Assembly (NCBI GenBank): GCA_047967505.1
Contig: CM106538.1
Strand: one strand, 5' to 3'
DNA length: 64,000 nucleotides
Source of the DNA: Dipteris shenzhenensis
Lineage: Eukaryota
The position numbers and the translations under genes are program-made. Below are positions 1 through 13,351 of this stretch, in pieces (within the stretch, counting starts at the first letter, position 1; each line of letters starts with the position of its first letter). Below the pieces are notes generated by a model. The model did not search any database. It was not told the DNA's origin and was given only the letters and a program-made list of their open reading frames with translations.

Positions 1-70
1 ATAAGAGAGATTGTATTAAGGTGTTTTTTGGCACCATATGGCTTTGAGTTATATGATCTACTTCTTGTAC

Positions 71-265
71 AAATGTGATGTGCTCTTTTTAAAATGTACT
101 CTAGTTTTAATAACATGTCATGCCATTTTTTCTAATTTGATTTTTTAAAATCTTACTTTTTGTCTCTTTTAACAATGTGATGTCCTCTATTTTTAATGTA
201 CTCTAGTTTTAATAACATCTCACGTCCTTTTTTCTAATTTGATTTTTTAAAATCTTCCTTTTTGA
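71..265. repeat. Two diverged tandem copies of an AT-rich ~102-bp unit
   Basis: aatgtgatgt..aatgtactctagttttaataacat..ttttctaatttgattttttaaaatctt recurs at ~71 and ~173. Confidence 0.8.
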
Positions 266-375
266 CTCAATGTTTTGTTTTATAAGAGCCTCTTTTTTTT
301 AAATGTTTTATCCAAAATTATCTCACAAAATGAATTTGGACAGTGCACGAGTCCAAAATTAATGAAATAGGTGTT

Positions 376-859
376 CTTAGTTCCTGAACCCTTTACCTCC
401 ATGAACTACGAGGGAGATGAGTTCTCCACTATGTACTCTACCCTAAACCTCGGATCCTTCTTCTAACCCTGGAACCTCTTCTAAACTTTGGAACCTCCTT
501 CTAAACTCTGGAACCTCCTTCTAAACTCTAGAACCTCCTAATAAACCTTAGAACCTCCTTCTAAACCTTGAACCTCCCTCTAACCCTTAAACTCCTCCTC
601 AACCCTGCAACCCCCAATGAAGGTAAAATCTTTCATTACCTCAGCCATGATTATGCACGTTCCTTTCACACATGCATGCACTATGTTTGCTTACCACACT
701 TAAGCCTATGTCTCTCACTGGAATATGACTCGAGGTCCTAAGGTACACGTATACTACAAACGACAACCCTGATATATCTGTAGGTGACAAAAAGCCTCGG
801 AACCCTACATATTGAGACTACCTTGATCTTCCTGTGGAAGTCATGGGAAAGATCCAACA
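376..859 (+). mobile_element. 5'-truncated LTR of the G (Gypsy) family
   Basis: Matches the 3' part of the G1 LTR (ctccatga..gagttctccac, ctaaaccctggaacctcc array, gacaaaaagcctcggaaccct). Ends ...caaca with no PBS behind it. Confidence 0.85.
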
Positions 860-3194
860 TCCATCGTCACTATATGCATATCCCACTGATCGTTGTCGTC
901 ACCCTTACGACCATCCGCACTGACCATGTGGCAATCATTATCTCACTGATCGTTGCTATACATCTATCACATCGATTAGTTCTATATTCTTATTCTGCTA
1001 ATTTGCTGAAAGGTTACCTCACTGCCCACTGCCCACCGCCAAAACTGTATTACACTACCGGTTTCTATATCCATAGCCCTCCGACTGGTGCTATAGAGCT
1101 ATCTCGCCGATTGGTGCGATACCTCTGGGGTAGCCAAGGAATTAAAAAAAAATTCTATAACCTCAGTTTAGCTTGGGTGTCCCCAGCCGGAGGCATCCCA
1201 CATGCACTTGAGGTTCGAAAGGATTTTACCAAGGGATGCCATGCCAAAAGAAGATGCTTTGATCTATGCTCAGCTCACCCTTCCTGCTAGTTGGGAATCT
1301 CAAAGCTTGATCCTGAGCCTCCACTCATTTGTAGGTCCCCATCCAGAAACTTCATCTAGTTCAGACGAAACAGAGAGTCTTGAAGAAGTGATGCAAGACC
1401 CCTCGGGTCTAAGGGCCGGAGGCTCCATTCACAAGAGTAGCCTCTCCCAACTCTCCTGCACCTTCGGTTGCATCCAGGCTTAGAGGTATTATCTAACATG
1501 TTTGGCCACTTAGGACGAATAGAGTCGATAGACATGGAGAACCCTTTGTCCACATGTCCATAGGAAGGGAAGGCCAGCAAGAGCAGACAGTTTCCAAGCA
1601 CCAGATCAGGATAAAAACTACCTTCGCCGATCTAGGTCCCTCTGCCTATGTGAGACCCCCTTAGTGGGAGAACATGGATGACGGAGATCCATGGATGAGG
1701 GAATTTTGTAGACAAGACTCGAGTCGAGGGGACACTAGGAACTTCCAAGGTGGAATGCCTTATGATCCCCTAACAGCCCCAACCCCACCAACCTTCATCA
1801 ACTATGGGGCACCTTAGTTCCCACCCTACCGCCCACTTGTTGGAACCAATGTTACCACGCCCCATGACCCACTGCCTCTGAGAGTTTGTCCCTTCCCGTC
1901 TATACCCGTTGCACAAATGAATGCAGGCATGGGTACTTCTGTCTCAATGCTGACACCAGCAACTACATGGACACCACCACCTCGGCCAGGCCTAAGGCCA
2001 ACCCTGCGACCTATCAGGCCCATAGCCATACCACCTCCACTAGCCGCTCAAACAGTGTTGACCAATGAGGCAATGCGTATTTTGGTGAATGCCCTAGGAA
2101 GGGGGGCAATACTGCCTCCACCCATCCCAATATTCCCTATAGGGATGGCCAATCCTTCGAGGAGCCATCCCATAGCCATTTCTAAGCTAATGAACAAGTT
2201 CCTAGGAGAAGGATACCTGGTCTCCCACATGGAACGGTTCAAAAAGATTTGTGAAGCCTTTGGTATGCAAGGTGACCTCGAGATGGCCAATGCATTTGGC
2301 CTCACCTTGGATGGCAAGGCAGGCCAGTGGTATAGGGCCCTCACCCCATAAGAAAAGATCAATTGGGAGACATTGAGAAAGGCTTTTATTGTGGGATTCT
2401 CCCCCATTGGCCATAAATGGAGTCGATCAACAAATTGTATGGGGTAAAATAGAACAACAAGGAACCCCTTTGGGATTACATAGCGAGGATTAAGAACCAC
2501 AATGCTCGCTGTGAGCCATATGAGTGGATGAGCAATGAATGATTGCTGCCTCGCTTCCTTATCAGATTAGTAGAGCCAAAGTTGCACGACCACCTCATGG
2601 TGATGAACCCCACCTCCTTTGATCTATGCAACAAGGTGGCCATCTATATATGTGACAACATGATGGACAAAGTGGATTTAGACAAGGCCTCATCCCCCCC
2701 CAAAATAGCTCCATCGGTTAGGTCCTCGAGCATAGAGACAAACAAGAAGGAGGCTAATGAGCCTAAAAGTTGTCGATTGGGGCTCCACATAATACACTTT
2801 GCCTCCTCCTAGTACAACACAGATGTGCCATTCCTCCCACGTAGGTTCCCACGAGGTCAACTAAGTCATACATGAGGACCTACTACCGCTACACATTCAG
2901 GACCTGGTTGAAACCAAGTGAGATCCCAGTGAAGCTTGGCTTCTACAGAGATCACTGCCTATGTATCTTTGACAAGGGTTTTATTGATCCTCTTGGAAAT
3001 ACTCGGATTCACCTCCCCCATTCATTGAGGATCTCAAACGTAAGTGAATGGTCCAATCTGTTGGATCAACTAGGCCAACAATGGAGGACAGGAACCTCCA
3101 AGGAGGCACCAAGCAACCCCCACTTGTTTCCACAGAGAGACAATGTCTGGTGTGGGGTATGCAATGGCAACCATCCCTCTAATGAGTGCCTATA

Positions 3195-3280
3195 CCTAAG
3201 GGCAAGGCTGACACTCTATTGTGTGCCTAAGGGCAAGGCTGATACTCTACTGTGCCTAAGGGCAAGGCTGACACTCTATT
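3195..3280 (+). repeat. Three tandem copies of a ~30-bp unit inside G0 gag
   Basis: cctaagggcaaggctga(c/t)actcta x3. Confidence 0.85.
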
Positions 3281-3691
3281 ATGGGGAAACCATGATACTT
3301 GCCAATGTCAATTTCCGAGGTCCCTTCCCCAACCCATGTATCAAATGTAGCTCCCATTGGCCCTAACAGCCCCACCTAACACCCAAATCTCTCAAGGTGG
3401 TCATGTGGCTAGCTCTATTTAGTACCAGGCTTAGCCAACTCCGCTACCATCACCTATACTAGGTCCCCAACCACTGCTACCTTGCATCGCCCCAGTCAAT
3501 CAAGTGTTGCTTGAGGAATTGCCCAACGACTAGGAGGAAACGGATCTTGATCATGGACCTCATGATTACTACCCCTATGAGGAGGGAAGTGGTACCTTGA
3601 TCCACACTAGAGGATCAACAAGTCCTCGTATTCCAGACTACCGCTATAAATGCAAGAGCAAGAGATCTAAACTCGATTTCTCAGAGACCCC

Positions 3692-3937
3692 CTTAGGGGC
3701 GTCACTATGTATAAACCCTCTATATCATGGACATTCAAGGCATATTTCTAAAATCCCTTTTTTGTAAATTTTTCATTAATAAAATGTATCCTTTTTCTAT
3801 ACAAATCTGTAAATTTTTTTGAAATTTGTTTTAAATACTCCCTTATGTAAATTAAGTTTTGTTAAATCTAGATATTAAAAACATCCTTTTGTTGAACTCA
3901 TGTGATAGGGTTACATATAATGAGCGACCCCCCCGAG
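3692..3937. mobile_element. MITE copy 1 (~246 bp)
   Basis: Degenerate TIRs cttaggggcgtcact / agcgacccccccgag; 8-bp TSD gagacccc/gagacctc; interior homologous to copy 2 at 28964. Confidence 0.85.
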
Positions 3938-4476
3938 GAGACCTCTGCTCCAATGTTACACCTGCCAGGGTCCCCATAGAGCAAGTGAATGCCCCTACTA
4001 AGGCACTTCAAACCCTTTGGTGTCCTATTTCAAATGCCAGGCCCCACACTTCTTGAAGGACTATCCATACAGGGACCGTATGCCCACCGCCCCAACCACA
4101 ACCAATCCCACCCCTTTGTGTGCGGGATGTGGAGCGAAGCATCTATTCCACTGTCCTATGAGGATGCCAACCACTCCACTCACCCTGCCAAAGAGCACCA
4201 GCCTAAATCTGCTTAGCATCGAACAAGGCCATGTGGCGTAGTGCCACTACAAGTCATTACAAGGCTACAGGCCAAGGAACTAGGCAAGGCAATGAGGAAG
4301 CTCAAAAAGAAGGGCAAGATATCCCCGTTGCCCGACGGTCCCGAGATTCCCCCATAGCCTCTAACGCGATCTAAGAAGGCCATTCGAGTAGGTGATGGTT
4401 CTGACTAGGTGCTCATCCAAGATAATTTTGATGAGGAGACAGTTACCCTTGCCACCTCCTCTGCTTCCGAATAGTC

Positions 4477-7400
4477 TGTGAAGATAGTGGGAGAGAGGGA
4501 AGGAGTCTCACTTGCGACTTTCTCACATGCACAATAGGGGGAATACACACAAAGGTGGAGGCTGAAAATAGTTTTCCTCTTCTTAGTTGTGTAAGCCAAA
4601 AGAACTCTAATACAAAGAAATAGAAGAACCCTATATGTGGGTCTCAAACCAAACTCAACTAACTAAGGTGGCATACTAACTGAGCCACAAACTAGAGTAG
4701 ATAAGGATAGCTGTCATCCAGCTATTATTCGTGGGCGGTATACCAACCGCATCTCCAGCTAACAAGTCGGTGACATAAATCCACAACAGTCACCCTGGCA
4801 TATCGCGAGTGGTGGAGCTCGATATCTCAACACTCCCCCTCGAGCTCAATCCCAAATCCTACACACCAAGCAGGTCTCTGAACTTGCGCAGCTTCTCTGC
4901 GCCCAATCCTTTCGTGAATATGTCAGCTACCTGATCCTCTGTGCTGACATAAACTAGATCAATAAGACCTAGTAAAACCTTCTCCCGCACATAGTGATAA
5001 TGCACCTCAATGTGCTTTGTTCTAGCATGAAAGACTGGGTTCTTTGCCAAATGTATACTGCTCATGTTGTCACAATAAATGACAACCGGCCCATCTGTAG
5101 ACTGATGCATATCATAAAGTAGCTTATGCAACCAAGCTACCTCACATGCAGCCATTGCTGCACCCCTGTACTCAGCCTCCGTGCTCGACAAGGCAACTGT
5201 AGGCTGTTTCTTGCTGCTCCAGGTGACTGCAGCACTCCCAAAAGAGAACACATATCCACTGGTAGATCGTCTATCAGAAATACTACCAGCCCAATCAGCA
5301 TTAGTGTATCCATGCAACTGTATCTGAACCCCAGCCTCATAAATAGTCCATACTGCAATGTGGACTTCACATACCTGAGTATGCGTCTAGTTGCATCCAA
5401 ATGCGGTCTCCTTGGAGCCTGCATAAACTGACTTACCAACCCAACAGCATAGCTCAAATCTGGCCTGGTAATGTGAAAATGCTATTGAGGCAGAAGTTTG
5501 AGATGAAGGATTTGGGAGAGCTGCGTTATGTCTTGGGCATTGAGGTGATTAGATCACCAAGTGGGATACAGCTCTTGCAGAGGCAGTATGGATTGGACAT
5601 GCTGTCCAAATATGGGATGATAGGCTGTAAGCCTATTTCAGTTCTTTTGGAGCAGAATGTGAAGCTGAGCGCAGATGCAGATGAGCTTCTGGAAGACCCT
5701 ACTATGTACAAACGCATAGTAGGATATTGTGTCCTCATCCGTGTCTTCTTTCTGCGATTCCTGAATATGAACAACATTTTCCTGTTTTTCTCACATAGAG
5801 TGAGAAATCTGCCTTGGAAATCTGAAAGCCAATAGTGACAAGATATTGTCCTATCTTGTCAGACCATGCTCTAGGTGCTTGCTTCAAGCCATACAAGGCT
5901 TTCTTCAACCTACAAACAAACTCAGGATGAATAGCATGAACATAACCTGCTGGCTGCTCCATAAAGACCTCTTCTTGTAAATCACCATGCAAGAAGGCAT
6001 TCTTTACATCCATCTGATGTAAAGACCATCCCTTTGATGCAGCCATAGCAATGGCTGCTCTTACGGTTGCCATCCTTGCAACCGGGCTGAAAGTTTCTTC
6101 ATAATCAATGCCATATATCTGTGCATACCCCTTGACAATGAATCTTGCCTTGTATCTATTCACAGAACCATCTGCATTGTGCTTGATCTTATAAACCCAC
6201 TTACAGCCAATTGCATTCTTGCCTTTAGGCAAAGGCACCAATTCCCATGTAGCATTAGCATCCAAGGCATCCATTTCTTCATCCATGGCTTTCTCCCATT
6301 TTTCATTTCCCATGGCTTGCTCAAAAGAAGTGGGTTCTGGTTCCTGTATCACTTTGACCATATAGGCATAGTGAATGGCTATAAATCCATCATATTTCAG
6401 CCCTATCCACAGGATACCTAACCCTGGTAGACCTGCACAAAATAGGCTCACTTCCAGATGCTCTCAAAACATCCCTGGTCTTCCTTACTCCAGGTGTAAC
6501 AACAGAAGGAATACCCAACTCATCATCAATGCTCTGTTTTGAGCCACTGGATTCACCATCCACACAAGAGTGACCTGCATTCACATCAAACATGGGCTGA
6601 TCTACCTTCTCTTTTCCTTTTCGTGATACCTGTGTACCACTATCTGCATTGCTTTGAGGAGATTCTCGTGATCTCAATCTACCTGTCTATGGCGAAGTAT
6701 GTGAACCACTGCTAGAGGACACTGCAGGTCCACTGATATTTTGTGATTGCTGCTGTGAATTTTGTGCAGCATTACCATTTTGTGCATCTACATCAATCAT
6801 CACATTTACTGGTTTATACCAGCTGCTCATCTCATCAAAAACAACATCTCTGCTCACTGTGAACTTACGTGTAGAAGGGTTATAGCATCTATACCCTTTC
6901 TGCTGCAGAGAATAACCAATAAAGACGCACTTCTCAGCCTTTGGATCGAACTTGGACCTCAAATCATCTGGCACATGGACATAGGCAATGCAACCAAAAA
7001 TCTTCAAATGAGAAATATCTGGTTTCCTACCAGTATACATCTCCTCTGGCGTCATGCCATGTATTGCTGCAGTGGGAGTCCTGTTCATTATATAGACTGC
7101 TGTAGCAACTGCTTCAGCCCAATAATAATCTGGTAGATCTTTTTCATTTAGCATAGCCCGAGATACCTCTCCAATATGCCTGTTTTTTCTTTCTGCAATT
7201 CCATTTTGTTGTGGGGTATGACTGCATGAATTATTGCTGCTTTATACCATGCTCCTGCAAGAACCTTGCAAACTCATTTGAGAGGTACTCTCCCCCTCCA
7301 TCTGACCTTAGGCATTTTATTTGCAGGCCTGTTTCTTTTTCAACCATAGCTTTGAAATCTTTGAAGTGCCCAAACACTTCACTTTTCTTTTTCATAAAAT

Positions 7401-10000
7401 TCACCCACAGTTTTCTGCTGAAGTCATCAATAAATGTGACAAAATAGTGATAGCCTCCAATAGATGCAGCTTTTGTAGTCCACACATCAGAGTGGATTAA
7501 TTCCAATGGCTTTTTACTCTCTTGAACATGCCTAGGAAAAGGTTTCCTTGCCTGTTTCCCAAATTGACAGGCTTCACAAACCTTGTGCATTTCTGCAACC
7601 TTGAATTTAGGCAATCCTGCAACAATATTTTGGGCTTGCATTGATTTAAGTCGCTGTATATTAACATGACCAATGCGTTTGTGCCAGATATCAATATCTG
7701 CAACTACACCGGTCCCATGTGCAAACATTGCTGTGCTCAATTCAGGCATGTCTGCATCCAACGTAAACATCCTGCCCTTCTTCTTTCCTTTTGCTATCAA
7801 GCGACCGTTATTTTTCATATCCTCAACAAGGCATCCATGAGGATTAAATCTAACCTGCAAGCCTTGCTCAACCATTTGACCAACAGAAACCAGGTTCTTG
7901 GTGATGTTCGGGACATGAAATACATCAGACAAGTATTTCTTTTTCCCATCCTCCATAGACAAAGGAATTTTGCCAATCTGCACAATAGGATGTGCAGTAT
8001 CATCACCAGTCTCCACAAATCCTGGTTTTTCCATTTTTCTTGCATCTTGCATCCATTCAGTGTGACCTGTGATGTGGTTTGATGCACCCGAGTCAACATA
8101 CCACACATCATTGCTTTCTTCTGCACTTGTTACAGAATTTGTCATATGCTGCACCATAAACAAATGCTCATTTCTGTCATCACCCTGTCTACTAGAGGAT
8201 GCATAATTGCCTTGCTGCAATTTTCCATTCATAATGTCATTCTGCTTTTTATAAGAGTCCTTAGCCATATGACCCATTTTGCCACAATAGTAGCATTCAA
8301 TATTGCTGTTTGCTTTTTGGCCTCTCTGCCATCTACCATGGCCTTTTTGGCTCCCCCTGCCTCTAGAGTTACCACGTCCTCCTGCATAGGACTGGTTTTC
8401 TTGCATTTGCTGCATATTCTGATTTCTACCACGGCCTGCAGATCGGCCTCCTCTACCTCTGCCTCTACCTCTGCCAGCATTTGAGTAGAAGACAGTTTCT
8501 TTTGAAGTTCCTGCTGAAGAAGATGCACCACCATTTCTCTGCTCTTCGGAAATTAGAAGAGCAATCAACTCCTCAAAATCAGGAAATTTTTCACGGACGG
8601 CAATGGATGTCCGGAACTGTGCATAATCCTTTCCTAGACCATTCAAGGTCACAGAGACCAAATCGTCATCATCCACTGGTGACCCAATGGAAGCAAGTGC
8701 ATCTGCAATTTTCTTCACTTTCATGTGGTAGTCATTTATGCTCAAATTTTCTCTGCACATTGTGCAACTCCTGTTTGAGTTGCATTTTCCTGGCTTGCGT
8801 ATTTGTGTTGTACATTTTTGCCAAAGTATCCCATGCCTCCTTTGGCGTATTCGCATCCTGAATATGCACAATCATGGAGTCCGAAATACTGATAGGCAGC
8901 CAGTACATAACTTTCCTGGCTCTCTCATGCCATCCTTTGAATGCCTGCATTTCCTGTTGACTGGGAACATTAGGAAGAACAGGTTCTTCTTCATTTCCTG
9001 TAATGAACTCCCAATAGCCTTTTCCCATCAAGAAATTCGTCATTCTAAACTTCCATGCCTGGAAGTTGTTCTTGTCAAGCTTTTCAGTGACAATCTGTGA
9101 AAGAGAATCAGATATTACAGAACACTGCAAAATATTCTGTCACTGCAAAAAACACAGCTTTTGCCTCACACGGGCAGAACTGCAAAATTGACGAAAGTGG
9201 TATTTCACCACACAGTCACTTCCTAGTGACGATTTTGCATCAACAGGCAACAAGCATGAATCTGCAACTCCCAATATCTCTGCACAAAGGCATACGATGC
9301 AATTTCTGCGGCAACTTTTCACCGACCCGCAGAACAGTGGTCGCACAACAAAAACAGGGCCTTTTTCTGAGTGCCTGCGGAGAAATTCCGTCTCCAAAAT
9401 GGGCCCCGAAAGGACCTCGAATCAGAAAAATAACATCACTGAGGGCTTTGCCCCGGCCCGTAGCATATACTGCACTCTCGCCACACCGCGAAGGGCGTCT
9501 CAATCTGAGACAGTGCACTCTTGCACTTCTGGCTGTGCTACCTGCAGAGATTTGCTCCCAAACTCAAAATAGGAAAGCAACACTGGTCCTCTTACCAGGA
9601 CACCACGAACTTGGCTTGCTTTCTTGAGCTCCTTACCACGAACAAGGCTCTGACACCATGTGAAGATAGTGGGAGAGAGGGAAGGAGTCTCACTTGCGAC
9701 TTTCTCACATGCACAATAGGGGGAATACACACAAAGGTGGAGGCTGAAAACAGTTTTCCTCTTCTTAGTTGTGTAAGCCAAAAGAACTCTAATACAAAGA
9801 AATAGAAGAACCCTATATGTGGGTCTCAAACCAAACTCAACTAACTAAGGTGGCATACTAACTGAGCCACAAACTAGAGTAGATAAGGATAGCTATCATC
9901 CGTGGGCGGTATACCAACCGCATCTCCAGCTAACAAGTCGGTGACATAAATCCACAACAGTCACCCTGGCATATCGCGAGTGGAGCTCGATATCTCAACA
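4477..10000 (-). mobile_element. Ty1/Copia LTR retrotransposon, family A, copy 1 (two LTRs, internally rearranged)
   Basis: LTRs 4477-4832 and 9659-10000 (TG..CA); TSD TAGTC both sides; PBS TGGTGTCAGAGCC at 9646-9658 (variant of the tRNA-iMet PBS); PPT next to 4833; gag-PR-INT-RT-RH order. Confidence 0.97.
4859..9130 (-). pseudogene. Copia gag-pol (disrupted)
   Basis: CYYCGKMGH knuckle, WYVDSGAS protease, LIHSD/LRSDGGGEY integrase, [22 protein letters not shown] RNase H. Frameshifts, and an internal inversion removes the YVDD segment. Confidence 0.93.
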
Positions 10001-10491
10001 TAGTCTTCCACCCAGGGTGACCCTGAGGTACCCTTGATCCTAGAAGTGAGCAAATGAGTGCAGGCCCAAGGCCTGGCACCCGCACCCACTTGTAAGGAGA
10101 CCTACCATGACCCGTGGTCTTAGAAAAGCAATACATAAAGGATGCTTAGAACTTGGTACAGGATTGCCAAGATAAGTTTGAGCATCAACTAAAGGCAGTA
10201 GAGGGTCAGATATTATCCATTCAGCCCATTTGATGGCCCATCTTGAGGGGTGAAATCACTCAAGGTGCGAAAAAGGGTGGAGGAAGAGGAACACCTAAGC
10301 TTGGAGTAGTCAGAAGCTCCAGATCTAATGCAAAAGATGTTCCAAGAAGACCTAGTGTTGCCTTGGATTTTTTTAGTAGGTTTTTTTTGAGAAAAGAACG
10401 TGGTTTTTGAATTAAAAACGCATGTGGACGTTCAAAACACAAAAAATGCATTTTTTACAATCGGTCAATGTGCACCAGTTGACTGGCTATA

Positions 10492-10567
10492 TACTGATTG
10501 ATAAATCCCAATACCGATAGGTATTTTCTTGAAAATATCGATCGGTGTTGGGATTTATCAGTCAGTA
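10492..10567. repeat. Near-perfect inverted repeat (37-bp arms, 2-nt loop)
   Basis: tactgattgataaatcccaataccgataggtattttc-tt-gaaaatatcgatcggtgttgggatttatcagtcagta; 4 mismatches. Confidence 0.9.
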
Positions 10568-10918
10568 CAAATAAACTGGTCAGTGAATCACCACGCCGAC
10601 CGGTATACAGCAAACCGGACGATGAATCACCACACTGACCAGTCTACTCGAGAAAATACCGATCGGTGTAGTGTGACACCGATCAGTATGCATGGACCAA
10701 ACGCATGGCATGCATGCATTGGCCACAAAAACCAACTGCTATGTGGACATACCGACCAGTATGTTGAATTGGATTCTATAAAAGGTCCCCTTCACGACAT
10801 TTTTTTTTATAGTCCACCGAAATTCATCAAAATTTTCTATAGTTTTCTGCATCTTTGCTGTTTTTTGCTCTCCTACAAGCTTTTGGTGAGATTCTAACGT
10901 TGCTATTGTTCTTAGTTA

Positions 10919-11455
10919 GGGCCCGGGTGATGGCTTGCTTCAGCCGGCTAGATTCACCTCAACTTAGTTGAGAGAAATATGTCATATGATTGTGCTTGCT
11001 TGCTTCTATGTGTGTGATTACATGATGTGTTTCATACTCGGGGCTGGATGATGACTCGCTTTGGCTGGTTGGATTCATCTCGCCTCAAGTGATGTTCTAG
11101 TTGTATCAGGATTAAGGCCGGGTGATGGCTCGCTTCAGCTGGCTGGATTCACTCGTCCCAATTGAGAGAGGAATATCTATGATGCTTATTTATGCATGCT
11201 TATATGTGTTTGAATGTGTGATGATTATCACTTGGGGCCAGATGATGACTTGCTTCGGCCAGTTGGATTCATCTCTCCTTGAGTGACGTTCTACTAGGTA
11301 GTATTATGATCAAGGCTGGGTGATGGCTCGCTTTGGCTATTTGGATTCACCTTGCTTTGGTCTACTATCATATATTCATATATATTGTACGTAGGTATCA
11401 ATAGAGCCAGTTATTGTTCGTATGATGGCTCGCTTTGACTGGCTGGATTCATCTC
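10919..11455 (+). repeat. Array of six ~40-bp GC-rich motifs arranged as a ~196-bp dimeric repeat
   Basis: Consensus ggccgggtgatggctcgcttcggccggctggattcacctc; copies near 10919, 11041, 11116, 11235, 11314, 11422. Confidence 0.85.
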
Positions 11456-11808
11456 AATGATGACCTTCCCAATGAGCTCAAGATGTGTGATCACACAATG
11501 TTGATCTAGATCATCTTGGTTCATTACATTGTGATTGCTATTATATGTTTTCATGTTCATCTTTTATAGCCTATCCTTCTTCAATAGCCTCATAGGATTT
11601 TTTGGAGTAATTTGTATGAGGCACGCTTTTGCTTTAAAAGTCCACATTATAATTATCTATTAAAAATTCATGTTAGCATGTGTGGATCTCAATTTTATTT
11701 CTTGATTTTTTTGCATTTGTTTTTGTAATGACTGTTGAGTGTTAACGTAATGCATTACGATTGGACCTAGATGTCTCAATTACTTAAATCATATTTGTTG
11801 GTTTTTTC

Positions 11809-13351
11809 ATGGACATGTCATGACTCATTGTGGTAGTAGAACCTCACGAGTGCTTACGTAATGATTGTTGTGTGAATTAGATCAATGCCTCTACCTTTCT
11901 CATGGTAGCCACCCCTTCAAAGAGAGAGAGAGACAATTGAAGAATTGAGTTGCAACAACTTGTCCATAGGGTGTGCGTTCGACATATTATAACATTGAGT
12001 GAGGAGCAAATAAGAGACATTCCGCATACCAAGTCTAAGCTGGGATGGAATGCATCGATGCATACTTGCTCAATTTGATTGTAGCTGGACGAGGCATGGA
12101 GAGGTTGAGTGGACAGAGGAGAAAGAGGTTGTACTAATTTCCTACCTAGAGTTCTGGGTGATATAGTTGCACAATGGGAAATGGTAAAGCAGTCAGAGCC
12201 CTTGACAAATGCAGCAAGGTCAAAGTTGGATAGGTGGCTCATAGAATGAAAGGAATCCTGTGCTGCCATTCCTAGGAAAAATTGAAAGGAAAAAAGTGCA
12301 GCCGGTAGACTATCGAGCGTCTCCATGCAATATTATACCCAAGTTGACGTGGCTCATCAGAAAAAATAAACACGAGAAGTCAAGATGGCAAGGCACAAAT
12401 GGACTTGTGCATGAAGTTTGCTTACAGGTGCTCTACAACGGTACACTTCCCACTAGTTGCATTGACAATTCTTGAGGAATTAGGTGGGGGGTGGAAGGAA
12501 ATGTGTACGGGTTAAGATAGAGGGTGTGCCAAGTTTCAAGCCAACCCTATCTTACGCTGGCAAGAAGTTGAGGCATGATACTGCTATGCACATAGATCGT
12601 TGAAGATAGAGCTGGCAATGACTGTAATGCATAGGTCCATGTGTTGTGCAATTGGTTACACACACATTAGCAATCTTTGGTTAATCAATCCATACTTAAA
12701 TGGAGGTAGTACTCATGAGCCTACCTTCGATGTATCATTATTATCCAAACTGGGCAAGGCGAGGCAACCCAACCCCACAATGCATGGCATGATACACCGA
12801 GTCAGATGCAAGCACACCTATTTTGTAAGACTGATCTTGCCATTTGCATAGCTATTGCTAGTGCGATGAATGTAGTGCACAACCAGACACAGTGATTTGA
12901 ATGCAGGAAACTATGTGTTGGATTTCACACCAGATGGGAAATCTGTGCAGGTAAGCATTATTGATTGGGGAAGGTGTCTCCACAGAACTGAGAGCAAGAT
13001 CGAGACGTTCAAGCGCATGCTCCAAAGTTAATATTTGCACCAGAGCTTTACACAAGAAATCATGCTTTTCCTCAATCAAATGGTGTATGGTTAGACATGT
13101 CAGATTGCTATGCTATCGATTGGTTACTTGGCAAAATAGCCAACTTCCTTGTGGGGTGTAGTCGGCACTATCAGATGAACTATACTCGAGGCATGTAATC
13201 AAGCTATTGTGGGATTGTAAATTCCACGTGCTAGAATGAACCTCCGGAATGGATGACAATGGAACTGCTGTTGCTAACTAAACTTCACGCACACCGTGTT
13301 GATGAAAATGACACAATGCGTCCAATGGACGATATGAAAACTTTTCTATAA
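11809..13351 (+). pseudogene. Protein kinase pseudogene with a ~220-aa N-terminal extension
   Basis: Manual translation across stops and frameshifts gives subdomains in order: ILEELGGGG (12468), YAGK, KIELAM..H, WLINPYLNGGS, RHSDLNAGN, IIDWG, FAPELY, SDCYAI, C..EPPE(W)MT. Confidence 0.8.

Larger units (their letters stand above)
1917..4400 (+). pseudogene. gag: Degenerate Gypsy gag (element G0, distant relative of G1)
   Basis: Retrotransposon gag motif (KFLGEG..SHMERF..FGLTLDGKAGQWY..WETLRKAF). Knuckle RDNVWCGVCNGNHPSNEC parallels G1 RENVWCPHCLANHTANEC; more knuckles at 4020-4160. Many stops; sequence resumes after the Copia insertion to ~10365. Confidence 0.8.

Noticed and set aside
9097-9829. 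Overlapping ORFs in the Copia LTR/5' UTR (also at 18705-19346 and 43288-43945)
   Set aside because: No recognisable domains, and the frames are changed by indels between the three copies
10919-11455. CRISPR-like repeat-spacer look, and a superficial HDV/hammerhead ribozyme resemblance
   Set aside because: Repeats are degenerate, alternate spacers are related (~196-bp dimer), there are no cas genes and the context is eukaryotic. No CUGAnGA/GAAA core, and too little room for HDV P2/P3/L3
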